A DNA stretch of 64,000 nucleotides from an uncultured Actinomycetota bacterium (GCA_963751035.1 CAVVSW010000005.1:1072425-1136424); one strand, 5' to 3'; numbered from the stretch's first letter, positions 1-10,581 are shown. The notes: generated by a model not told the origin, from the letters alone. Program-made: numbers and translations.

Positions 1-1
1 C

Positions 2-771
2 ACCCTGGAGATCCGCGACCTGCACGTCACCGTCGAGACCGAGGCGGGACCGCAGGAGATCCTGCGCGGGGTCGACCTGACGGTGACGTCCGGCGAGACG
101 CACGCCCTGATGGGCCCCAACGGATCCGGCAAGTCCACGCTCGCCTACTCCATCGCCGGGCACCCGAAGTACACCGTCACGAGCGGCTCCGTGACGCTGG
201 ACGGCGTCGACGTGCTGTCGATGACCGTCGACGAGCGCGCGCGGGCCGGGCTGTTCCTCGCGATGCAGTACCCCGTCGAGGTGCCTGGCGTCTCGGTGAC
301 CAACTTCCTGCGCACCGCGAAGACCGCGGTCGACGGCGAGGCGCCCAAGCTGCGCACCTGGGTCAAGGAGGTCAAGGACGCGATGGAGCGCCTCTCCGTG
401 GACGCGTCCTTCGCCGAGCGCAACGTCAACGAGGGCTTCTCCGGTGGTGAGAAGAAGCGCCACGAGATCCTGCAGCTCGAGCTGCTCAAGCCGAAGTTCG
501 CGATCCTCGACGAGACCGACTCCGGGCTGGACATCGACGCGCTGAAGGTCGTGTCCGAGGGCGTCAACCGGGTGCGCTCCACCGGCGAGGTCGGCGTGCT
601 GCTCATCACCCACTACACGCGCATCCTGCGCTACATCAAGCCCGACTTCGTGCACGTCTTCGTCGACGGCCGCATCGTCGAGGAGGGCGGCCCCGAGCTG
701 GCCGACCGCCTCGAGGCCGAGGGCTACGAGCGCTACGTCGGTCAGCGGCAAGGCGGTCCACTCCCGCATGA
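2..771 (+). CDS. sufC: Fe-S cluster assembly ATPase SufC (5' end outside window; 3' end frame ambiguous)
   Basis: The frame entering from the window edge reads TLEIRDLHVTVET...GETHALMGPNGSGKSTLAY (Walker A), FSGGEKKRHEILQ (ABC signature), ILDETDSGLDIDAL (Walker B) and LLITHYTRIL (H-loop). It is followed by sufS and sufU. The in-frame translation runs past the expected end (...EGYERYVGQRQ) with no stop. A TGA at 769-771 overlapping the sufS ATG lies in another frame, which suggests an indel near 740-765. Confidence 0.85.
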
Positions 772-2030
772 CCACGCTGCTGGGCGACGACCCTGGACAC
801 CGAGAAGATCCGCAAGGACTTCCCGGTGCTCGAGCGGCTCGTGCACGGCGACAGGCCGCTGGTCTACCTCGACAACGCGGCCACGTCGCAGAAGCCGCGG
901 CAGGTCCTCGACGCCCTGACCTCCTACTACGCCGAGCACAACGCCAACGTGCACCGCGGCATCCACGTGCTCGCCGAGGAGGCGACCGCCCTCTACGAAG
1001 GCGCGCGGGACAAGGTGGCCGCGTTCGTCAACGCCGCCGACCGCGACGAGATCGTCTTCACCAAGAACGCGACCGAGTCGCTCAACCTGGCCGCCAACGT
1101 CATGGTCTGGGCTGCGCAGCCACGCGGCCTTCGCCCCGGCGACGAGGTCGTCATCACCGAGATGGAGCACCACTCCAACATCGTGCCGTGGCAGCTCGCG
1201 TGCGAGCGCGTCAGGTGCGACGCTGAAGTGGTTCGGCATCACCGACGAGGGCCGCCTCGACCTGTCCGACATCGACCGGGTGATCACCGAGCGCACCAAG
1301 GTCGTCTCGTTCGTCCTGGTGTCCAACATCCTCGGCACCGTCAATCCCGCAGCCGAGATCGTCCGTCGGGCCCGCGAGGTCGGCGCCCTGGTCGTCGTCG
1401 ACGCGTCTCAGGCGGCGCCGCACCTCCCGCTGGACGTCCAGGCGCTCGGCGCCGACCTGGTCGCCTTCACCGGCCACAAGATGTGCGGCCCGACCGGCAT
1501 CGGCGTGCTGTGGGGCCGCAAGGCAGCTGCTCGAGGAGCTGCCGCCCTTCCTCGGCGGCGGCGAGATGATCGAGATGGTCACCATGGCCAGCTCGACCTA
1601 CGCCGCCGTCCCGCACAAGTTCGAGGCGGGCACGCCGCCGATCGCCCAGGCTGTCGGCCTCGGTGCGGCGGTCGACTACCTGACCGCCATCGGCATGGAG
1701 CAGATCGCCGCTCACGAGCACGCCATCACGTCGTACGCGCTGGAGCGCCTGCAGGCGGTCGATGGGCTGCGGGTCTTCGGCCCGACCAGCGCGGACCACC
1801 GGGGCGCCGCCATCTCGTTCGCGCTGGGCGACCTGCACCCGCACGACGTCGGCCAGGTGCTCGACGACCTCGGCATCGCCGTGCGGGTCGGGCACCACTG
1901 CGCGCGCCCGGTCTGCCTGCGCTTCGGCGTGCCGGCCACGACCCGCGCGTCCTTCTACCTCTACTCCACGCCCGGCGAGGTCGACGCGCTGGTCGACGGG
2001 CTCGAGCACGTGACGAGGTTCTTCCGGTGA
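768..2030 (+). pseudogene. sufS: cysteine desulfurase SufS, reading frame broken about three times (near 795, 1210, 1530); probable sequencing indels
   Basis: One continuous SufS sequence is spread over three frames. The pieces read MTTLLGDDP / LDTEKIRKDFPVLERLVHGDRPLVYLDNAATSQKP...EMEHHSNIVPWQL / ATLKWFGITDEGRLDLSDIDRVITERTKVVSFV...FTGHKMCGPTGIGVLWGRK / ELPPFLGGGEMIEMVTMASSTY...RVGHHCARP...VDGLEHVTRFFR*. These include the typical class V aminotransferase and SufS motifs. Confidence 0.85.
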
Positions 2031-2042
2031 ACCTGGAGACGA

Positions 2043-2497
2043 TGTACCAGGAGATCATCCTGGACCACTACCGCAGCCCTCATCACAAGGGCCTGCGGGA
2101 GCCGTTCGACGCCGAGGTGCACCACGTCAACCCGACCTGCGGTGACGAGGTGACCCTGCGGGTCAGGGTCACTGACGGCGTTGTCGAGGACGTGTCCTAC
2201 GACTCGCTCGGCTGCTCGATCTCGCAGGCGTCGACCTCGGTGATGACCGACCTGGTCGTGGGCAAGCCGGTCGAGGAGGGTCTCGCCGCCCACGACGAGT
2301 TTCTCGCCCTCATGCAGTCGCGTGGCGAGGGCGAGCCCGACGAGGACGTCCTCGAGGACGCCGTCGCGTTCGTCGGCGTCGCCAAGTACCCCGCCCGGAT
2401 CAAGTGCGCCCTGCTGGGCTGGATGGCCTGGAAGGACGCCACGGCCCAGGCCGTGGCCGGCGCACAGCAGCAACCAACGCAGGAGGAGACCGCATGA
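2043..2497 (+). CDS. sufU: Fe-S cluster assembly sulfur-transfer/scaffold protein SufU (NifU/IscU-like)
   Basis: The protein reads MYQEIILDHYRSPHHKGL...VNPTCGDEVTLRV...YDSLGCSISQASTSVMTDLVVGK...ARIKCALLGWMAWKDA. It has the conserved Cys ligands and LPVK-less SufU pattern of an IscU-like scaffold, and lies immediately after sufS. Confidence 0.85.
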
Positions 2498-2847
2498 GCG
2501 ACGCGACTGACATCGCCGCCAGCCCCGCCCCGAGCGGCCCGGCCAAGGTGGAGGACGTCGAGGAGGCGATGCGCGACGTCATCGACCCCGAGCTCGGCAT
2601 CAACGTGGTCGACCTCGGCCTGGTCTACGGCGTGCACGTCGACGACGGCAACGTCGCCACCCTCGACATGACGCTGACCTCCGCCGCCTGCCCGCTGACC
2701 GACGTGATCGAGGACCAGACCAACAGCGCGCTGTCCGGCCTGGTCACCGAGGCGCGCATCAACTGGGTCTGGATGCCGCCGTGGGGGCCCGACAAGATCA
2801 CCGACGAGGGCCGCGAGCAGCTGCGGGCGCTCGGCTTCAACGTCTGA
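2494..2847 (+). CDS. DUF59 (SufT/PaaD-like) Fe-S assembly accessory protein
   Basis: The protein reads MSDATDIAASP...VEEAMRDVIDPELGINVVDLGLVYGVHVDDGNVATLDMTLTSAACPLTDVIEDQ. This is the canonical MIP18/DUF59 fold signature. Its ATG overlaps the sufU stop. Confidence 0.7.
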   Translation: MSDATDIAASPAPSGPAKVEDVEEAMRDVIDPELGINVVDLGLVYGVHVDDGNVATLDMTLTSAACPLTDVIEDQTNSALSGLVTEARINWVWMPPWGPDKITDEGREQLRALGFNV

Positions 2848-2852
2848 CCACA

Positions 2853-3600
2853 TCAACCCGCGAAGGGCTCCACACCCGCTCGGCCGATTGCGGCGGTGCG
2901 GCTGGTCACGCTGAGCCGCGCGAACACATTCTCCAGGTGCTTTCGGACGGTGCCCTCGGAGACGCGCATGCGACGTGCGATCTGAGCATTGGTGAACCCC
3001 GCGGCGACGTACTGCATGACCTCCTGCTGGCGCGGGGTCAGTGGTGACACCCCCAGGCGTTGGCGTTCGGCGGTGAGGTAGGCCGCGTGCAGATGTGGAC
3101 GAAGCAGGGTCAGGATCGCCCGGTCGCGCTCGTCGAAGTCCGGACCGCGTCCGCGTGAGAACAGGAACCGCAGGCTGCGACCTGGCCCGGCGGGAAGGCA
3201 CACCATGATCTCGTGTTCAATGCCGATCGAGCCCGAGGTACTCGTTGTACATGCCGGTCGCATGCCACTGCTGGCTGCGTGCAGAAGTCGCTGATCATCG
3301 TCACCGACTGCAAAGTCGCCAGTGCGGTCCGGATACGAGCACGGCGAGTCCCAGTAGTTCGGCCACCAGGCGTCGCCGTCGAGCTCTCCTCGTTGCTGCC
3401 CGGAAGTTCTTGGGCCGCGAACTCCTCCTGCCGGAGGGTGTCCTGCCCATAGACCTGAAGGTTGTCGCAGGCGATCAGGTCCGCGTAGCTCGTGCAGCAG
3501 AGACCACGGCAGCACCGGCCCATCGTTGTCTCGATCGACGGACCGGACCAGGTGGAGCAGCGCTCGGACGTCGCCGTCGCCGAAACCCAACGACATGGCA
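2853..3600 (-). pseudogene. LuxR-family transcriptional regulator with a C-terminal HTH; upstream part in shifted frames
   Basis: The C-terminus reads LTPRQQEVMQYVAAGFTNAQIARRMRVSEGTVRKHLENVFARLSVTSRTAAIGRA, which is the LuxR/GerE HTH. The N-terminal region continues in another frame (…YADLIACDNLQVYGQDTLRQEE…). The start cannot be fixed. Confidence 0.55.
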
Positions 3601-3743
3601 GCCTCCTCGCCGGACGCGACGCCCTGTGATCGACGCTACGCCTCAAGCGGGTCGGGAGCCATACGCGCAACGTCGTATTCCCCGGACTGCGATCCGGGCG
3701 CAGCGTGAGGGCACCAGTAGCCGCGTAAACGGGAGGCCAAACG

Positions 3744-4055
3744 ATGCAACCACGACTGTTCAAACTGCTGACCGCTGCCGTCGTCGTCACGGCGTGTGTG
3801 GCGGGCCCAATCGCCTTCGCCGGCCCTGGTGGGGCCGACCTGGCCGTAGCCTCCGATCCATCGGTGATCACCTCGTGCAACGTGATCGCTGCGGGGACGA
3901 TCCTCCCTGGTTCTGCGGGGAACCTGACGCGCGACTACGACGCCTGCTGCAGTACCAGGACGGTATGCACGACCAGGTGGCCCGACGCGGGCTGGACATC
4001 GTGGCGAGCTCCCGCGCCTTCGCGCTGCTCGGGACAGCCACAGCGGAAGCATTGA
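3744..4055 (+). CDS. hypothetical small secreted protein (signal peptide; Cys-rich C-terminus); lower GC than its surroundings
   Basis: The protein begins MQPRLFKLLTAAVVVTACVAGPIAFAGPGGADLAVASD, which is a Sec signal-peptide-like N-terminus. Four Cys residues lie in the C-terminal 40 residues. Codon usage is noticeably less GC-biased. No homology was recognised. Confidence 0.35.
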   Translation: MQPRLFKLLTAAVVVTACVAGPIAFAGPGGADLAVASDPSVITSCNVIAAGTILPGSAGNLTRDYDACCSTRTVCTTRWPDAGWTSWRAPAPSRCSGQPQRKH

Positions 4056-4077
4056 TCGCCTACGTGAGCGGTTCGCC

Positions 4078-4806
4078 TCACTCGTCGCTGGTCAGGCGAA
4101 GGCTGCGCAACCGCCAGCCGGCGTACCACGTTGAGCCGACGATGACGACCAGCAACAGCGGGATCGCTGCCCCGAGGCTGACCGCCGAGGTGATCCCCAG
4201 CTGTTCTGCGTCGGAGCCGACAACCTTCTCGGTGATGGCGAGCGACCACTGCTGGATGCTCAACGTCTGAGCCCCGGGCACGTAGCTGCCGACCAGAGTT
4301 TCCCAGATCAGCGCGTAGAGGAGCCCGATGACGACGGCATGCCGGGTCACGACGGCCAGAAGCAGGAACAGGGTGCCGTAGCCGATGCCGGCGATCAGCG
4401 CGCCGACTCCATACCCGACCGCCAGGTTGTCCGACGTCCCGGACAGGACGAGACCGGCGAGCAGCACCGTGACCGACCCGAACACCGTGATGACGGCTAC
4501 AGCAACCACGACCTTGGACAGCACGATCGAGAACCGGCTCAAGGGCTTGGACAACAGATAGACGATTGACCCGTCGTCGATCTCGGGCCCGATGGCACCG
4601 GTGCCGGCGATCAGGCCGAGGAGCGGCACGATCGTGGCGAGCGCGAAGCCACCGAGGATGCCGACGGTGATGTCGGTGTCCTGGCCGGCAAGACCGCGGA
4701 CGAGCGCACACAGAACCAACAGGATGAGTGAGAGGGCAAGGAGCAGGTACGCCCGGCGCCGACCGAGCAGGCTGCGGGCGGTGAGCTGGACGACGGTCGC
4801 GTTCAC
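4078..4806 (-). CDS. ABC-2 family transporter permease
   Basis: The protein is 242 aa with six predicted TM helices (…LLLALSLILLVLCALV…, …VVVAVAVITVFGSVTVLLAGLVL…). It shows the typical ABC-2 permease topology and is translationally coupled to the upstream ATPase. Confidence 0.6.
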   Translation of the reverse strand: MNATVVQLTARSLLGRRRAYLLLALSLILLVLCALVRGLAGQDTDITVGILGGFALATIVPLLGLIAGTGAIGPEIDDGSIVYLLSKPLSRFSIVLSKVVVAVAVITVFGSVTVLLAGLVLSGTSDNLAVGYGVGALIAGIGYGTLFLLLAVVTRHAVVIGLLYALIWETLVGSYVPGAQTLSIQQWSLAITEKVVGSDAEQLGITSAVSLGAAIPLLLVVIVGSTWYAGWRLRSLRLTSDE

Positions 4807-5782
4807 CGCGCCACCAGGTAGGAGAAGACGCTCTCCAGGGACTCATCGGCGGGGGAGACCTCGTACAGGCGGATGTTCGCCCGCTTGGCCAGCTGCGGAA
4901 GCACCCGCACGAAGCTGGCGAAGTCGGTTGCCTGCACGTGCAGGGCGCTGGTCGCCTCCCGGATGCCGGTGGTAGGCCCACCCCGTGCAACCTGCCGTCC
5001 ACCGGTGGGTGCGGCGACCAGCTCGACCGAGGATGCGCTGGCGTCGGCAATGATCGCGGCCGCCAGGGCTCGGTCGTCGTCGGATCGGATCGTGTACTGA
5101 TGCGGGCGCTCGGTCATCAGCTGACGGATCTCGCGAAAGCCGCCGGAGGCGGCGTGCCGGCCCGCCACCATCACCTGGATGTTGCCGGCGATCCGCTCCA
5201 CCTCCTCGAGGATGTGCGAGCTGAACAGCACTGTCCGTCCGGCGTCTCCCATCTCCTGCAGGAGCGCCATCAGCTGGAGTCGCTGACGCGGGTCCATGCC
5301 GTTGAACGGCTCGTCGAGCAGCAGGACGGGCGGGTCGTGCACCAGCGCCGTCGCCATCTTGATGCGCTGCTTCATCCCCTTGGAGTACGTCGAGATGTCG
5401 CGTTCCTGCGCCTCGGTCATGTGCACGGTCTCGATGGCCCGGCGGGCAGCGCCCTCCGGGTCGTCGAGTCGGTGCAGCCGGGCATTGGCCAGCACGAACT
5501 CCCAGCCGCTGACGACGTCGTACATCGCCTCCCGCTCGGGCACGAGTCCCGATCCGGCGGTAGATGCCCTCGTTGCGCCAGACGACCTCGCCGTCGAGGG
5601 TCACCGAGCCGGACGACGGCGGCAGGAAGCCGCCCATCATGTTGATGAGCGTCGACTTGCCGGCACCGTTGGGCCCGAGCAGCCCGGTGACGCCGGGGCC
5701 GATCGACATGGTCACGTCGTTGACCGCGACCACGTTGCCGAACCAGCGCGACACGTTGTCCAGGAGGAGGGTGCTCACTAGA
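4803..5782 (-). pseudogene. ABC transporter ATP-binding protein (frameshift near 5545)
   Basis: The N-terminal part reads [48 protein letters not shown] (Walker A). After a frame switch the C-terminal part reads …DISTYSKGMKQRIKMATALVHDPPVLLLDEPFNGMDP…LFSSHILEEV (signature, Walker B, H-loop). Confidence 0.8.
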
Positions 5783-6661
5783 TCGAGACCTTCCGGTAGC
5801 GGAGGAGCAGGGTGCCGAAGCAGGCCGCGACGATCAGGACGGTGGCGGCGACGAACACGGCGCCGCCGAGGGCACCGGGTGGCTCCGCCTGCAACACCTC
5901 CTCGGCGCCGAGCACCGACGACATCACTCCCTGCACCATGGTGAACGGTGAGAAGAGGCCGGCGTACCCGGCGAAGGTGTCCGCGCCCTCCTCGACCGCG
6001 ATCGCCTGCACGGCGCCCTGCACCCCGGCCAGCACGGCCAGCACCGCGATGATGGCCGCCACCCCGAGGCCGCGGCGCGGTGTGAACGCCGCGATGACCA
6101 GGCCGATGCCGGCGAGGACCAGTGCCAGCGAGCAGGGCGCCGGTCAGGGACCGCAGGTAGTCGGGCACCTGCTCGTCCAGCGGCAGCTTCGCCAGCAGAC
6201 GCGCCGACGAACAGGATGGTGAGCGGAAACGCCAGCAGCACGAACACTGCCGTGGTCATCGCGGCGTACTTGGCCACGACGTAGTCGATGCGCTCCATCG
6301 GCCGTGAGAAGTAGAGCGACACGACGCGGAAGCGCAGGTCGCGCGACACATTGGCGGGCGCCTGACCCGCGACGTAGACCATCACAAGAAGGCTCACGTT
6401 GAGGACGTACGAGGTGTAGTCGCCGACCAGTGCGTCCTCGTTGGTCACCGTCGTGATGACAACGATGATGAACGCGGGCACGCAGATCACGGCCAGCAGC
6501 AGCATCGGCATGATCTTCGACCGGGCGGACCGGCCCAGGCCGTAGGCGCCCTTGGCGCTCTCCAGGAACAGGGCACCTGTGATGTGGCGTCGCCCTGCCC
6601 GCGCGCCGTCGTAGTGCCGGTAGCCGAGGTCGTGGATGACCCCCTGTCCGGTCGTCATCAT
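5775..6661 (-). pseudogene. ABC-2 family transporter permease (frameshift near 6100-6150)
   Basis: The N-terminal frame reads [19 protein letters not shown]…IMPMLLLAVICVPAFIIVVITTV…. The C-terminal frame reads …AAIIAVLAVLAGVQGA…VFVAATVLIVAACFGTLLLRYRKVSI*. The combined product is a roughly 290-aa polytopic permease. Confidence 0.55.
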
Positions 6662-7566
6662 CGGCTCCCGTCGGGCGTGGTGAAGATCTCGGCCATCCGG
6701 TGCCGGCGGCGTTCCATCCGGATGAGGCCAACTCCGAGGCCGGCCACGGTGTCGCGGACGATGTCGTACGTCGTGTCGTCCAGCAGGTCGACCTCGAGCA
6801 GGGTGCCCACCGGCTGGGCGCCCAGCCCGGCTGCGCGCAGGGCGGTGGCGAGCTCGTCGGTGCGCTCCGTGACCTCGACGGCTATCAGCTGGCTCGCGGC
6901 GGTGGCGTCGGCGGTGGACGAGGAGCGCAGCAGCCGTCCCGCATCGATGACCACGATGTGGTCGCTGACCCGCTCGAGCTCACCCAGCAGGTGCGAGGCG
7001 ACCAGGACCGAGATGCCGAAGTCGGTGCCGATCCGACGGATCAACCCGAGCATGTCGTCCCGACCCGCGGGGTCCAGGCCGTTGGTGGGCTCGTCGAGCA
7101 GCACCAGCTGCGGGTCGTGGACGAGCGCCTGGGCCAGCTTGACCCGCTGCTTCATGCCGGTGGAGTAGCCGCCGATCGGGCGGTAGCGCTCCTCGTAGAG
7201 GCCGACGTGCCGCAGCGTGTCGGCCGTGCGTTCCCGCGCGGCTGTCTTGGGCAGCCCCGACATGCGCGCCATGTGGACGACGAACTCCGTCGCCGACACG
7301 TCAGGTGGCAGGCAGTCGTGCTCGGGCATGTAGCCGACGCGCTGGCGGATCGCCGTACCGTCGGTGGCGATGTCGAGGCCGAGCACACTGGCCCGCCCTG
7401 AGGTGGCCGGAAGCAGGCCCAGGATCATCTTGATGAGCGTCGACTTGCCGGCTCCGTTTGCGCCGATCAGGCCGACCACGCCGGGCTCGATCGCGACGGT
7501 GAGCTCCGAGACCGCCGTCACCTGGCCGTATCTCTTGGTGAGCCCCTCGGTCGCAATCAGTGCCAC
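6658..7566 (-). CDS. ABC transporter ATP-binding protein (intact)
   Basis: The protein reads [46 protein letters not shown]…[36 protein letters not shown]…[12 protein letters not shown]. It has all the ABC motifs. It is the first gene of a four-gene ATPase-permease-ATPase-permease operon. Confidence 0.85.
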   Translation of the reverse strand: MALIATEGLTKRYGQVTAVSELTVAIEPGVVGLIGANGAGKSTLIKMILGLLPATSGRASVLGLDIATDGTAIRQRVGYMPEHDCLPPDVSATEFVVHMARMSGLPKTAARERTADTLRHVGLYEERYRPIGGYSTGMKQRVKLAQALVHDPQLVLLDEPTNGLDPAGRDDMLGLIRRIGTDFGISVLVASHLLGELERVSDHIVVIDAGRLLRSSSTADATAASQLIAVEVTERTDELATALRAAGLGAQPVGTLLEVDLLDDTTYDIVRDTVAGLGVGLIRMERRRHRMAEIFTTPDGSR

Positions 7567-7617
7567 GGCGATGACCCTACGCGAGTAGGGCGGGGCGACG
7601 ACCGAACCGCGCCGGGC

Positions 7618-7818
7618 TCAGTAGTCGCGCTGGCGCACGCTCAGCGGCGGGCAGGCGTCGTGTTCGACCAGGCCATAGATGTTGCGCCGCACGTGATCGG
7701 TGGGCCCGATCCACTGCAGGCAGTCGGGGCAGACCGCGTCAGCATCCACGCGCAGCGCCGCGTCGACGATGACGGGTTCGGCTCGCCGACGCCTGCGCAA
7801 CCGCGGCACAAGACGCAT
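7618..7818 (-). CDS. hypothetical small Arg-rich protein with a CxxC…H…C motif (weak call)
   Basis: A 66-aa ORF reads MRLVPRLRRRRRAEPVIVDAALRVDADAVCPDCLQWIGPTDHVRRNIYGLVEHDACPPL. It sits in the gap between the ABC operon and the metallopeptidase. It could be a zinc ribbon or a chance ORF in GC-rich DNA. Confidence 0.2.
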   Translation of the reverse strand: MRLVPRLRRRRRAEPVIVDAALRVDADAVCPDCLQWIGPTDHVRRNIYGLVEHDACPPLSVRQRDY

Positions 7819-7917
7819 GCGGTCAACCCTGACCCGAAAGAACGTGTCCTTGCCAGACTGCCCGGGTTAAGAACGCGCGACGGTCCGGTTACGGCCGCGC
7901 TGCGGCCACTGATGCGG

Positions 7918-8808
7918 TCAGCTGTTGAACGTGTCGCAGGCGTTGAGGTCGCCCTCCCGGTAGCCGGTGAGGAACCACTTCTTTCGGTCGGCCGCCGAGC
8001 CGTGCGTCCACGACTCCGGGTCGACCCGGCCCTGGGTCTTCTGCTGGATGCGGTCGTCGCCGACCGCCTGGGCGGCGTTGATGGCCTGGTTGAGCTGCTC
8101 CTCGTTGATGGAGACGTTGCCGCGCTTGTCCGAGAGCTTGCTCCACGCCCCGGCGTAGCAGTCGGCCTGAAGCTCCATCGCGATGGACAGCTCGTTCTGC
8201 TGGTCGGGGTTCCTCTGCTGGGCGGCGCGCACCTGGCGCTCGGTGCCGAGCAGCGTCTGCAGGTGGTGCCCCGCCTCGTGCGCCATGATGTAGGCCTCGG
8301 CAAAGCGGCCCTCGGCGCCGAACTGCTCCTGGAGCTGCTTCAGGAAGCCGATGTCGATGAAGATCTCCTGGTCCGGCGGGCAGTAGAACGGGCCCACCTG
8401 GGAGGACGCCTGGCCGCAGCCGGTGTGCACACCCTGCTCGAAGAAGCCAAGAGCCGGCTTCGTGTACTCACTGCCGCGCCGCTTGAACTCCTCGCCCCAG
8501 GTCTCGTTGATCTCGTTGTAGACCTTGATGAGGTAGCAGTCGTCGTACTTGTCGATCGCGCCCTCGGTGTTGCAGCGCGCCGACAGCTCCTCGGCGGACT
8601 CACCGGTGCCCTGCCCCTGCACCTGCCCATCCGGCGGCACCAGCTGGGTGGTGTCGACGTTGCCCCCGCCCAGCACCTGGACGAGCACGTAGATGAGCAG
8701 CCCGACGATCCCTATGCCGCCGCCGCCGATCGCCAGCCCGCCCCCTCGACCCCTGCGGTCGTCGACGCCACCGACGTCGACGTTCTGGTCCGAGAAAGTC
8801 ACGGCCAC
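7918..8808 (-). CDS. putative neutral zinc metallopeptidase (YpfJ / Zn_peptidase PF04228 family) with an N-terminal TM anchor
   Basis: The protein is 296 aa with an N-terminal hydrophobic segment (GIGIVGLLIYVLVQVLGG). It contains the HExxH zinc motif (IMAHEAGHHLQ). The conserved stretch is GPFYCPPDQEIFIDIGFL…QADCYAGAW, typical of this family. Confidence 0.8.
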   Translation of the reverse strand: MAVTFSDQNVDVGGVDDRRGRGGGLAIGGGGIGIVGLLIYVLVQVLGGGNVDTTQLVPPDGQVQGQGTGESAEELSARCNTEGAIDKYDDCYLIKVYNEINETWGEEFKRRGSEYTKPALGFFEQGVHTGCGQASSQVGPFYCPPDQEIFIDIGFLKQLQEQFGAEGRFAEAYIMAHEAGHHLQTLLGTERQVRAAQQRNPDQQNELSIAMELQADCYAGAWSKLSDKRGNVSINEEQLNQAINAAQAVGDDRIQQKTQGRVDPESWTHGSAADRKKWFLTGYREGDLNACDTFNS

Positions 8809-8926
8809 CTCCGGGTTCGGGCGCGCGGGTAGACTCCGGTCATGTCTTCGCCGTCGTGCTGATCAGTGCGCTCGTACCCAGCGGACGAGTGGATCATCCC
8901 GACCGTACGACGCCGAAGGAACCCCA

Positions 8927-10534
8927 TTGATCACCGCCACCGGGCTGGAGCTGCGAGCCGGCCCCCGCCTGTTGCTGGGTTCCAGCACCTTCCGGATCGC
9001 CCCCGGCGACCGGGTCGGGCTGGTCGGGCGCAACGGGGCCGGCAAGACCACCCTGACCCGGTGCCTGTCCGGGGAGGCCCAGCCGGCCACCGGTGAGGTG
9101 ACCAGGTCCGGCAATGTCGGCTACCTCCCGCAGGACCCGCGCACGGGTGACCTGCACGTCCTCGCCCACGACCGGATCCTGTCCGCCCGCGGGCTCGACC
9201 GGGTCCTGCGCGAGATGCGCGATGCCACCGGTGAGATGGCCAGCGCCGACGCCGACACGCATGAGCGCGCGATGCGCCGCTACGCCCGTCTGGAGGCGGA
9301 GTTCCAGGCGGCCGGGGGCTACGCGGCGGAGAGCGAGGCGGCCGCGTTCGCGTCCAGCCTCGGTCTGCCGGAGCGGGTGCTCGGCCAGCAGCTGCACACC
9401 CTCTCGGGCGGCCAGCGCCGGCGCGTCGAGCTGGCCAGGATCCTGTTCGCGGGCGCCGGCTCCGACGCGACCCTGCTGCTGGACGAGCCGACCAACCACC
9501 TCGACGCCGACTCGATCGTGTGGCTGCGCGACTACCTCAAGGGCTACCAGGGCGGCCTGGTCGTCATCAGCCACGACGTCGGCCTGCTGGAACAGACGGT
9601 CAACCGGGTGTTCCACCTCGATGCCAACCGCGGCGAGCTCGACATCTACAACCTGGGCTGGAAAGCCTACCTGGTGCAGCGCGAGACCGACGAGCGGCGC
9701 CGCAAGCGCGAGCGCGCCAACGTCGAGAAGCAGGCGTCGGTGCTCAAGGCGCAGGCGGACCGGATGCGCTACAAGGCGACAAAGGCCAGGGCCGCGCAGA
9801 GCATGGACAAGCGGGCGCAACGCCTGCTGGCGGGCTTGGACGACGTGCGCCGCGCCGACCGGGTCGCCAAGCTGCGGTTCCCCGACCCCGCACCGTGCGG
9901 CAAGACGCCGCTGACCGCCGAGGGCCTGTCGAAGTCCTACGGCTCGCTCGAGGTGTTCACCGACGTCGACCTCGCCATCGATCGGGGCAGCCGGGTCGTC
10001 ATCCTCGGTCTCAACGGCGCCGGGAAGACCACCCTGCTCCGGCTGCTCGCCGGGGTCGAGGAGCCCGACACCGGGACGGTGCTGCCGGGTCACGGGCTCA
10101 AGGTGGGCTACTACGCGCAGGAGCACGAGACGCTGGACCCCCGTCGTACCGTCCTGGAGAACATGCGCTCCGCTGCTCCCGACGTCCCCGAGGTCGAGCT
10201 GCGCCGGATCCTGGGCTCGTTCCTGTTCACCGGCGACGACGTCGACAAGCCGGCGGCTGTGCTCTCGGGCGGGGAGAAGACCCGGCTGGCGCTCGCGACG
10301 CTCGTGGTCTCCAGCGCCAACGTGCTGATGCTCGACGAGCCGACCAACAACCTCGACCCGGCCAGCCGCGAGGAGATCCTCGGAGCGCTGCAGACGTTCA
10401 AGGGCGCGGTGATCCTGGTGACCCACGACGAGGGCGCCGTCGACGCGCTCAGCCCCGAGCGGCTGATCCTGCTCCCCGACGGCGTCGAGGACCTGTGGAA
10501 CGAGCAGTACGCCGACCTGGTCGCCCTGGCCTGA
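8927..10534 (+). CDS. ABC-F family ATP-binding cassette protein (tandem ABC domains; translation factor / antibiotic-resistance class)
   Basis: There are two NBDs. The first carries GRNGAGKTTL…LSGGQRRRVELARIL…LLLDEPTNHLD. The second carries GLNGAGKTTLLRLL…LSGGEKTRLALATL…LMLDEPTNNLD. A charged linker lies between them (…ERRRKRERANVEKQASVLKAQADRMRY…). The likely start is TTG at 8927 (MITATGLEL…). The longer ORF beginning at 8693 overlaps the convergent peptidase and is unlikely. Confidence 0.85.
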   Translation: MITATGLELRAGPRLLLGSSTFRIAPGDRVGLVGRNGAGKTTLTRCLSGEAQPATGEVTRSGNVGYLPQDPRTGDLHVLAHDRILSARGLDRVLREMRDATGEMASADADTHERAMRRYARLEAEFQAAGGYAAESEAAAFASSLGLPERVLGQQLHTLSGGQRRRVELARILFAGAGSDATLLLDEPTNHLDADSIVWLRDYLKGYQGGLVVISHDVGLLEQTVNRVFHLDANRGELDIYNLGWKAYLVQRETDERRRKRERANVEKQASVLKAQADRMRYKATKARAAQSMDKRAQRLLAGLDDVRRADRVAKLRFPDPAPCGKTPLTAEGLSKSYGSLEVFTDVDLAIDRGSRVVILGLNGAGKTTLLRLLAGVEEPDTGTVLPGHGLKVGYYAQEHETLDPRRTVLENMRSAAPDVPEVELRRILGSFLFTGDDVDKPAAVLSGGEKTRLALATLVVSSANVLMLDEPTNNLDPASREEILGALQTFKGAVILVTHDEGAVDALSPERLILLPDGVEDLWNEQYADLVALA

Positions 10535-10553
10535 GATCGACGTACCCACGTTG

Positions 10554-10581
10554 CCGGCGAAACAGAGCGGAAGTTCGCCGG
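10554..10581 (+). terminator. GC-rich stem-loop downstream of the ABC-F gene
   Basis: The left arm ccggcgaa (10554-10561) and right arm ttcgccgg (10574-10581) form an 8-bp perfect stem with a 12-nt loop, 20 nt after the stop, followed by gattgtctct. Confidence 0.35.

Noticed and set aside
8693-8926. Upstream extension of the ABC-F gene starting at the ATG at 8693 (MSSPTIPMPPPP…)
   Set aside because: It would overlap the convergent metallopeptidase gene by more than 100 bp and is Pro/Ser-rich. Homologous ABC-F proteins begin at MITATGLE…, which fits the TTG at 8927.
8894-10549. 551-aa ORF antisense to the ABC-F gene (also 10111-11454 and 19068-19877)
   Set aside because: These are typical GC-rich shadow ORFs opposite a well-supported gene. 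The translation is low-complexity (G/A/R/P-rich) with no motifs.
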